Shown: piece after piece, positions 56,871 through 64,000 of the stretch
Layout of the letters: the number at the start of each line of letters is the position of its first letter
Numbering within the stretch: position 1 is the stretch's first letter
Origin: a virus
Lineage: Duplodnaviria > Caudoviricetes
IMG/VR virus record: IMGVR_UViG_3300028048_000054
Length of the DNA: 64,000 nt
Reading direction: 5' to 3' (one strand)
Program-made: the position numbers and the translations under genes
Notes under the pieces: generated by a model
Told to the model about the DNA's origin: nothing
What the model saw: the letters and a program-made list of their open reading frames with translations, nothing else
Database searches by the model: none

Positions 56871-57307
56871 AAATATATGGCGACCAACAAGTACAAGGTA
56901 TTGCAAATGTATCTAGACGTGTTGTAGAGGGCCTAAAAGCCCAGTTGGTAAGTGGGGAATACTCATTAACAGCACGTTCTGAGAAATTTCATAGATTTAC
57001 GGCTACAGCAGCAGCCTCTGTAGTACTTCCAAATGCTACCACATTAACCAGCGGGTATGAGTTTATATTTTATACCACATCTTCAAATATTACACTAAAG
57101 AATTATTCTGGGTCAGCATTGCAAGTATTTGAACCTGGTGTTATGTATTTTGTATACTTGATGGGAAACTCTACCGCTGACGGTGAGTGGGTTATCACTA
57201 TGGATACTTCATATGATATTGCGGTGGGTTCTGCCGATACTCCATCCGCAGGTGTTCGCGCTTATTTCAAAACTGTGTCAGAATATACAGGAAGTTTGAC
57301 TGATTAG
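56867..57307 (+). CDS. fibre-associated beta protein
   Basis: V.LPNATTL..G..F and NSTADGEW motifs seen in phage fibre domains. Confidence 0.55.
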   Translation: MKIYGDQQVQGIANVSRRVVEGLKAQLVSGEYSLTARSEKFHRFTATAAASVVLPNATTLTSGYEFIFYTTSSNITLKNYSGSALQVFEPGVMYFVYLMGNSTADGEWVITMDTSYDIAVGSADTPSAGVRAYFKTVSEYTGSLTD

Positions 57308-57318
57308 GAGAATTACAG

Positions 57319-59148
57319 ATGGCTGGATTAAGAAAAAAATATATTACAAAACCAGAAAGAATTTATGCAGACCCCCTACACCCGTCTACATCTGATTATG
57401 ATGTTGTAATTCCTCAATCAACAACCGACGCTGTATTGGTCGAAGGTACAAACGAAATATTAACCGATTACTTGAAAGACGTTGGTGGTGTAAAAGTAGA
57501 ACAGCGCAATACAATGATTGCTGGAGATGAGGTTGTCAAGGTTAATGGCAATAATATAACAGTTGGTAATTATGCTGTTTCTATTGCTGATGGGTTTAAT
57601 GAAAAAGGTGTTCCACAGGATTCAATTTATTACACTACTACATATACATCAGTTGCAACACCTACAGCAAATGATAATTATTTATTAATTTTGAAAAATG
57701 GCACTTTTGCGTATTGTACGTATTTTGATGGTGGGCGTGATTTTCCAACAACCAATTTAATTACCAATCAAGTATTTTTTAATGAACAGTTAAGACGTGC
57801 CTATAAATATGATGGTTCTACGTGGGTTGAATATCCTTGTACGGCCATAGCTCGGTTTGAAAATGCTCAACTTGCAGAAATACTTCCATTTAATACGTGG
57901 TGGTGGGATGAAGTAGTGTGGGAAAATCACGAAGCAGATATTCCAGCGGGTATGCAAGTGTCTGTTTATGAAGATTCAAATGGTGACAACTATCTTAGAG
58001 TTAGAAAAGGCGGTGTAATTGATGCAGGGCACATATTTACACTAGAAAATGATATATACAAAAAAGTACAATTACCATTTTCTGTTGGTCAAGAGGGTGG
58101 TAGTAATGATGGTAATTATACTAATGTAATGACAAATATTATTCCTGTAGATATTACGTCAGATAATCTTCAAGGATTCTCTGTAAGCGGGAACAATGTC
58201 TCAGAAGTGTTCAATGCTTTAAATCCAACATTGGCTCCAAGTAGTCCAAGGTGGCAAGAGAGTGGTGCTCCTGCATACTTTAGTATATCTTTTCCACAAG
58301 CAAAATCAATAAACAAGTACATAATTACATCATACGCGGATGACAATGAAGTTGGGCGTATTGCTAATAGTTGGGTGCTACTAGGTTCTAATGACGGTGT
58401 GCATTGGGATGTTATCGATGAGATTAATAACGCAGGTTTTACAGGTGTTGGTCAACCAAAGTCGTTTAGTCCAACAAATGTTAAATCCTATAGTTCTATT
58501 AAATTTATTGTTAAAGGGACTGTTGGAAACGCTAACTCATATGTATCTGTTGGACAAGTTAGATTTTACTCATCCGTTCCAGAATTAAATGTGTTTGTAA
58601 TTACTAATGATGCAGGAACAACAGATGTGTTAACCTCTCCATATTCTGGACCAACACTTCCAGTTGGATTCACATATTATCATAGAATTGGTAAAATAAG
58701 TATCGGGGAGACAGCAAACCTCTTTGGTGCTTTCCCATCTGTGTCTATTGGCATTGATGCTGCTGGAAAGTATGAAACCGCCAGCACAGAAATTGATAAA
58801 AAAGCTAATTCTTCATTAAATAACTTAAATTCTGAAGCAATGAAGTTGGTATCTACATTGAGTGCTCCACGTATGGATATGCATAACAGTTCTGTATTAA
58901 GTAATATGGTTGTTTACCAAGCCCCTGTAAGTGGATATGTAATTGTTTATAATACAGTAAATACAACGCTGGTTTATAACCACAGTGCCAGTGAATTAGT
59001 ATCTCAGAACTCGGCAGACGCTCTTGCTGGGGGCTCTGCTCCTGGTATTCCGTGTTCAGTTTGTGTTGCACAGGGTTCATACTATAAGATTAATTCCACA
59101 GGGGCTACATTAATGAAATTTGTACCATCAGTGGGTGCTACTTTATAA
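57319..59148 (+). CDS. tail fibre with discoidin (F5/8 type C)-like domain
   Basis: W...G.PAYFSISFPQAK.INKY.I...SWVLLGSNDG..WDVID...Y..IKF.V; KANSSLNNL trimerisation-like motif. Confidence 0.7.
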   Translation: MAGLRKKYITKPERIYADPLHPSTSDYDVVIPQSTTDAVLVEGTNEILTDYLKDVGGVKVEQRNTMIAGDEVVKVNGNNITVGNYAVSIADGFNEKGVPQDSIYYTTTYTSVATPTANDNYLLILKNGTFAYCTYFDGGRDFPTTNLITNQVFFNEQLRRAYKYDGSTWVEYPCTAIARFENAQLAEILPFNTWWWDEVVWENHEADIPAGMQVSVYEDSNGDNYLRVRKGGVIDAGHIFTLENDIYKKVQLPFSVGQEGGSNDGNYTNVMTNIIPVDITSDNLQGFSVSGNNVSEVFNALNPTLAPSSPRWQESGAPAYFSISFPQAKSINKYIITSYADDNEVGRIANSWVLLGSNDGVHWDVIDEINNAGFTGVGQPKSFSPTNVKSYSSIKFIVKGTVGNANSYVSVGQVRFYSSVPELNVFVITNDAGTTDVLTSPYSGPTLPVGFTYYHRIGKISIGETANLFGAFPSVSIGIDAAGKYETASTEIDKKANSSLNNLNSEAMKLVSTLSAPRMDMHNSSVLSNMVVYQAPVSGYVIVYNTVNTTLVYNHSASELVSQNSADALAGGSAPGIPCSVCVAQGSYYKINSTGATLMKFVPSVGATL

Positions 59149-59157
59149 GGAGTTGAT

Positions 59158-59487
59158 ATGATTTGTGTACATTATGATAGAATTACTGGAAAGATTTTAG
59201 GTGCATTTGATAGTAAAATGGATAATATTCCAACACCTAATGTACGTGTCACTGAAGAATATTGGGCTGACTTAGATGGAAAAGATAAGAAAGTTGACCT
59301 AAAAACACTTGCTGTAGTTGGTATTAATAAAGTTGTTCAACCCAATATTGACGAACTAAGAAGACAGGCATATGTAAAAGAAGCAGACCCACTTTTCTTC
59401 AAATGGCAGCGTAAAGAATGCACCAAAACTGATTGGATGAATAAAATTAAAGAAATTAAGAAACGTTACCCAAAATCCACTGATTAG
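59158..59487 (+). CDS. tail fibre assembly chaperone
   Basis: VHYD..TG.ILG, LRR.AY..EADPLFF.WQR...W...I.EIK.RYP. Confidence 0.75.
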   Translation: MICVHYDRITGKILGAFDSKMDNIPTPNVRVTEEYWADLDGKDKKVDLKTLAVVGINKVVQPNIDELRRQAYVKEADPLFFKWQRKECTKTDWMNKIKEIKKRYPKSTD

Positions 59488-59507
59488 TATACATTTGCAT
59501 ATTAAGT
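59487..59507 (+). promoter_or_regulatory. putative phage late promoter motif
   Basis: GTATACA-TTTGC-ATATTAAGT before ATG 59524. Confidence 0.6.
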
Positions 59508-59523
59508 GGATACAGGTGGATTA

Positions 59524-61245
59524 ATGTATAACAGATATAGAATTTTTGACTGGTATTTACAAGATGCTACAAACTACTCCAAAACAAGTTATTTGGGTGT
59601 GGGTTGTGGCTCTTTGTCTGTAGGGGAAGAAACAGAATTTAATACAGATACCTATTTTTATAATGTAATAAATATCTTCCCAAATTCTATTGGAAATACA
59701 TTTGCGGCCAGAGTAGCGGTAACAACAGACACTCCTATCGAGATGGCTATAGAGGATGGCACATATAATTTACCATTGATGATTTCTGAAAGTGGAGTTA
59801 TAATAGAGGGCACCTCAATAGCAGTAGATGCAACACAATTTCACGATTATTGGTTATGTTTAAAAGGAACTAGTGCCAAATTATACATTGATAACCAATT
59901 AAAGTGGTCTGGCGAACCGTCTCTAACTACGTCGGAACAGATGCACCATATAGGGTTTAAGAATTATGTAAGTGGTGAATCTACCATTTACATTAAACTT
60001 TTAAGATGTACTTATGGTGAAAGACACCCAATTGATTTTGATAATTTAAATTTTGAAGTAGAAGTTGATACTATCGATACTTTTGATTCACCAAACTTAA
60101 AAACATACTATAATGTAGGTGACAAGGTTTATTGTAGGCAAGACCAGACAGTAGAGTCAGAGGCACACGGGAATAAACGCGCCCGTTCCTTTAGAATACC
60201 ACTTATTCAAAGACAGCCTGATATGCCATATTTTTTCTTTTACCGTGTTCGTGTATTAGGAGAAAATAATCAAACATCAGATTGGGCCTACTATTTATTT
60301 GACCAACCAGATAATCCATTTATTTTTGCTACTAAATTACAGTTAACCACAGTAAACAATGCGTTACCAAATTTAGTAGTGTTTTGTGAAGAGAATAGGT
60401 CATCATACATTTTTATAAAAGGTACACGACAAGACTATGATGGTGAGAATTATATCTATGATAGCCTATCACTAGGGTATTGGAAAAAGGTTAACAACTC
60501 TTACTTTATGTTAGACCCAGACTTAACAGACGTTATTTGGCAACATATGTATGAGGACAGATTGCCAGGAGCAAATGTATATTCTCGTTATAATAAATCT
60601 GGTAATGTATCAACAATTTTAGAAGCAGATGCTATTATGATTGATGAAGTAAGAACTAAGTTACTTCAAACAATTAGAAACTCGTGTATTCAATTAGCAT
60701 CTGATACTGTTTTAGAAGATAACTTTGGTAAAAAATACAATTTATCAAAAGATTATTTTGACAATTTATTAGAGTATAGATATGCTCTTTTAACAATTCA
60801 AAATGCTTACTGTTTTCCTGGTGAATACAACTGGATGGAACAAATTTTTGAAACTATCACAGGTGTAAAGCCAGACATTTTTGAATTGAAAAACTCAACA
60901 GGTTGGGTGATATGGGATGACGTAGATATGTTCTACGCTCCAGACGATGAAAAGTTCGTATTAATGGACGATACAACTTTATATCCAGCATATAAAGAAG
61001 CCGTACTTTATTCTGACAATGAGTTGGCGTTTGGGTTTGATATAAGTATTTATAATCCATACGATATGAAATTGCCAGAAAAGATGGTAAAAGAAATTAT
61101 AACTAATTTCAAACCAGCAGCATCATCGGCAAATATCATTATGCACGATGCCGATGGTAGAGAGTATCAATATCCTGGTTATTATGGGTTTGCTCACTAT
61201 GCCAGAGACTTGTATTACCCAGCAACATTTGAGGAAGAACATTGA
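59524..61245 (+). CDS. baseplate wedge (gpI/gp7-like) protein
   Basis: LP..NVY, LEDNFG, YR..L...AY..PG, TG..P.IFE, FKPA near the C-terminus. Confidence 0.6.
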   Translation: MYNRYRIFDWYLQDATNYSKTSYLGVGCGSLSVGEETEFNTDTYFYNVINIFPNSIGNTFAARVAVTTDTPIEMAIEDGTYNLPLMISESGVIIEGTSIAVDATQFHDYWLCLKGTSAKLYIDNQLKWSGEPSLTTSEQMHHIGFKNYVSGESTIYIKLLRCTYGERHPIDFDNLNFEVEVDTIDTFDSPNLKTYYNVGDKVYCRQDQTVESEAHGNKRARSFRIPLIQRQPDMPYFFFYRVRVLGENNQTSDWAYYLFDQPDNPFIFATKLQLTTVNNALPNLVVFCEENRSSYIFIKGTRQDYDGENYIYDSLSLGYWKKVNNSYFMLDPDLTDVIWQHMYEDRLPGANVYSRYNKSGNVSTILEADAIMIDEVRTKLLQTIRNSCIQLASDTVLEDNFGKKYNLSKDYFDNLLEYRYALLTIQNAYCFPGEYNWMEQIFETITGVKPDIFELKNSTGWVIWDDVDMFYAPDDEKFVLMDDTTLYPAYKEAVLYSDNELAFGFDISIYNPYDMKLPEKMVKEIITNFKPAASSANIIMHDADGREYQYPGYYGFAHYARDLYYPATFEEEH

Positions 61246-61364
61246 AAGAACGACCTTTATTAAGATGTACTAAGTGTCATAATACAGAGTTTAATTGTAA
61301 GTTTGACAGAAGAGAAGGAAAATTAGTTTTTATTTGTGCGAAATGTGATAACATAATTTATTAG
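61242..61364 (+). CDS. 40-aa Zn-ribbon peptide (MKERPLLRCTKC...ICAKCDNIIY)
   Basis: Read by hand. TTG start overlaps the upstream TGA; GAGGA SD; two CxxC motifs. Confidence 0.6.
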   Translation: MKERPLLRCTKCHNTEFNCKFDRREGKLVFICAKCDNIIY

Positions 61365-61373
61365 GTAAGTAAA

Positions 61374-63953
61374 ATGGCAAAATCAAATAGTTTAATTATT
61401 CTTAAAAACTCTTCCTATGCAAAAGGAAGAAAATATGTGGTAGATGCCAATGATTTGATGACTAACTTCAAAATCATTTTGGACTCTGCTGGCACATCTT
61501 CTATTCGTGATGTTATCGAAGCAACTGGTCAGTATTTCAATCCGTTGGTATCAGACCAATTATTAAATGCCATTACACAACTTACCTTAGCAGCAAATTA
61601 TTTTAAAGATATTGGTCGCACAAATGAAGTAATTCTAGAACCATATACTGTTGGATATGGTACTCCAACACAGTATGTTCATAAAATGGTTGTAAAATTT
61701 AGACCATCAAGACCAAATACTGGACCAACAACACTTGCATTTAATGGTACAACTGGTGTTTCTCTACTCACAGATATGTATGAGGAATTAACATCAGGTG
61801 TATTATTACCAACATCAGATTATACCGCAGAGTATGATGCAGATAGAAATGCGTTTATTTTGTCATCATCATTAGAGGATAGTGGTAGTGTAGCACTCCA
61901 AGAAATTCGTAGATTAGTAGAGAGTGCTGGACTTATTTATTCATCAGTACTAGAACAACAATTAATGCAGGCAGTTGCAACTTATGCGCTTCAACCATCA
62001 TATGTTTGTTTTTCTGATGAAAACAATGTTAGAATTAATAATTATGTACTTAAACCATATGGTGTATTTGCACAAATGCCAAAATACACCGATGGTATGG
62101 TAATTAGATTTAGACCAAACTTTTCAAATACTTTATCGAATCCAACCATACAAGTATATGGGATGGAAAGATACCCACTGGTTGCCGCTAACGGTGACAC
62201 AATTCCAACTGGTTCTATTTCTACAGATTTTGATGTTGTTGTAAAATATGATTCGGAAAAATTTTATTTAGTGTCCAATGGGCTGTCATCATTAAAGTTA
62301 CAAGATGGCCCAGTTGTTACAAAGATTTCGAATGATACATCTTTAGGTGATGGAGCATCTGATAAGTTAACAACAGAATTTGCTGTAAAAACATATGTTG
62401 ATGCCAAAGTAAATGCTACTAAGAACTATGCGGTAGCATCTGGTAAAGAAGATGTAGACGGTAAACCAGATTTTCTTGAAAAAACAGATGATACAACAGT
62501 AACAATTATGGCTGGGGAAAATGGTAAACCTAGTTATATTGATATGACTTCAATAGATAATGCAGTAGCATCTGAGTGTAAGGACCCAACAACCGATATA
62601 GATGAGGACGGGGATGAAGTAACAACAACTTATGATTTGGCAAATTGTTTTGATGGTGATAATGATACTTATTATGAAACCAAAAAACAAGGGGCTGATG
62701 TAGAGGGTATCAAAAATGCTGAAATGGAGGGTCAGTATATTGTAATGCCAGAATTTGTTGGTGCCACTGGGTTAGATACTGCTGTGTCAAAAGTAAGGTT
62801 TTTAGGTAACTCATCGGTATCTTTGCCTAGGTCAGTATTCTTCCAGTATTCTATTGATGGTGGAGAACATTGGCAGGATGTAGGAACTGAGACATACCAA
62901 CAAGCAGATGCTGATGGTGAAATTAAAACTTACGTAAAGCGTGATATTTACCAGGTTGACTTTAACTCTGGTGAGTATTCAGATGTTGACGTTGATATTA
63001 TACCTTACGTAGATGCAACAAATCCAGATTTAGGTGTTGCGGATACCTATGATGTTAGATGTTATGCGTATGAATTTTTAGGTACAACGGGTTGGCAATT
63101 AGTAAATTATCAATTTTGTAAAGAGTCTGTTGAAATTAAACCTTTAGTTCTTACTTATGCAGACGGAACATCTGAAGTAATTACAGAAAAGATTCCATTA
63201 TCAACAGCAGACTTGGGTGAATTAGAGACCTCTGCTGTTATTATAAAACACTATGGGGGACAGTTTGAGTTGGTAGATGGTTCAAAGTATAAAGAAGCAT
63301 TCATTGAGCCTACACCAGCAAACGGTGTATTATGGGTAAAATTAGGTAGTGCCCATTTATCAACATACTACTATAATGAAGTCGAAGAGGGAGTAATTCA
63401 ACGACAAGAAGACAAGTTTGTTAAAGTTGGTAGAATTAGTGTTAACAACCGCGTAATTTCAAGTTGTTTTCCTGGTGCATTTAATGGTGAGTACTCTGTT
63501 TCTAATCTACCGTTAGCAGATAATACATCTATCTCGCATAATATTGGTAGTTTAAATAGTGCTAAAATGTTTATTACGTGTATTGGTTCAAATGGTGGGT
63601 ATGTGGATGGTGACACAGTAGAATTAGTTACACAGGCAATTGATGCAAATTTTAGCCAAATGTTTTCAGTATCAACTACAGTAAATGGAACAGACATTAC
63701 GATTAATCCGTTGAATATTGGTGGGGTAGATTATAATATAACCTATTCACCAAATCCACATAATCATACGGCAACAAGCACTGTTACAAGTAGTGCCTCT
63801 ACACAACCTACATATCGTGTTGTGACAAGTGGATTAGAAACCGCTGTATTAAGATATAACAGTATTGTATTACCAAATAAAAATACTGGCACTCTATTTG
63901 CTATAAATCCAGCACTTTGGAGATTGAGTGTGTTTTGCTCTAGGAGTTTTTAA
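61374..63953 (+). CDS. tail fibre/baseplate protein with duplicated N-terminal domain
   Basis: Two copies of I..(V/L)(I/V)E..G.....QL..A + Y...MV..FRP...NT; ISND.SL...KL.TE.AVKTYVD; FDGDNDTYY discoidin-like segment. Confidence 0.65.
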   Translation: MAKSNSLIILKNSSYAKGRKYVVDANDLMTNFKIILDSAGTSSIRDVIEATGQYFNPLVSDQLLNAITQLTLAANYFKDIGRTNEVILEPYTVGYGTPTQYVHKMVVKFRPSRPNTGPTTLAFNGTTGVSLLTDMYEELTSGVLLPTSDYTAEYDADRNAFILSSSLEDSGSVALQEIRRLVESAGLIYSSVLEQQLMQAVATYALQPSYVCFSDENNVRINNYVLKPYGVFAQMPKYTDGMVIRFRPNFSNTLSNPTIQVYGMERYPLVAANGDTIPTGSISTDFDVVVKYDSEKFYLVSNGLSSLKLQDGPVVTKISNDTSLGDGASDKLTTEFAVKTYVDAKVNATKNYAVASGKEDVDGKPDFLEKTDDTTVTIMAGENGKPSYIDMTSIDNAVASECKDPTTDIDEDGDEVTTTYDLANCFDGDNDTYYETKKQGADVEGIKNAEMEGQYIVMPEFVGATGLDTAVSKVRFLGNSSVSLPRSVFFQYSIDGGEHWQDVGTETYQQADADGEIKTYVKRDIYQVDFNSGEYSDVDVDIIPYVDATNPDLGVADTYDVRCYAYEFLGTTGWQLVNYQFCKESVEIKPLVLTYADGTSEVITEKIPLSTADLGELETSAVIIKHYGGQFELVDGSKYKEAFIEPTPANGVLWVKLGSAHLSTYYYNEVEEGVIQRQEDKFVKVGRISVNNRVISSCFPGAFNGEYSVSNLPLADNTSISHNIGSLNSAKMFITCIGSNGGYVDGDTVELVTQAIDANFSQMFSVSTTVNGTDITINPLNIGGVDYNITYSPNPHNHTATSTVTSSASTQPTYRVVTSGLETAVLRYNSIVLPNKNTGTLFAINPALWRLSVFCSRSF

Positions 63954-64000
63954 TGAAACGTGTAAATTGGTTTTCAGGTCAACAAGTTCAAAAAGAAGAT
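63953..64000 (+). CDS. partial baseplate/fibre protein (N-terminus MKRVNWFSGQQVQKED)
   Basis: AGGAG SD and TAATG overlap. R.N(W/F)F.GQ.V...D N-terminal motif. Runs off the window. Confidence 0.55.
   Translation, partial: MKRVNWFSGQQVQKED

Noticed and set aside
1-64000. Alternative genetic code (TAG/TGA recoding)
   Set aside because: Core genes are full length under code 11, and TAG and TGA terminate genes at sensible boundaries.

Overview
This window is part of a large, AT-rich, apparently lytic tailed-phage genome with a contractile (myovirus-type) tail. Class III RNR and a candidate outer-membrane lysis protein suggest an anaerobic, diderm host (inference). Two gene arms diverge from a 630-bp intergenic region (10783-11411). 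That region holds back-to-back consensus sigma70 promoters, GCGAAGC mini-hairpins, TCTACTAG repeats and an AT-only tract, and is a candidate replication origin. The left arm (minus strand) carries nrdG, nrdD, groES and a cassette of fibre/adhesin-like genes (gp53-like fibre, YadA-like repeats, BspA-like LRR, BppU-like). The right arm (plus strand) carries about 13.6 kb of very acidic modular proteins, then TerL, portal, MuF-like, protease/scaffold, decoration, capsid, neck, a free-standing homing endonuclease, sheath, tube, frameshifted chaperones, tape measure, baseplate, a lysis cassette and tail fibres. The most interesting signals are: (1) head-region proteins, including the scaffold, built from small globular modules bracketed by K-x-A / V-x-A motifs, suggesting protease-released virion cargo polyproteins; (2) a recurring intergenic motif RGTWTACA-nTTTn-nnATTWAG that behaves like a phage late promoter; (3) several unannotated structured RNAs, including anti-SD leaders and a kissing-loop RNA; (4) a lysis-cassette protein with an N-terminal TM and C-terminal beta-strands ending in a BAM-like signal; (5) a TM-GAF protein and a pseudo-receiver protein. 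All assignments come from motif recognition and synteny by eye. No searches or folding programs were run.
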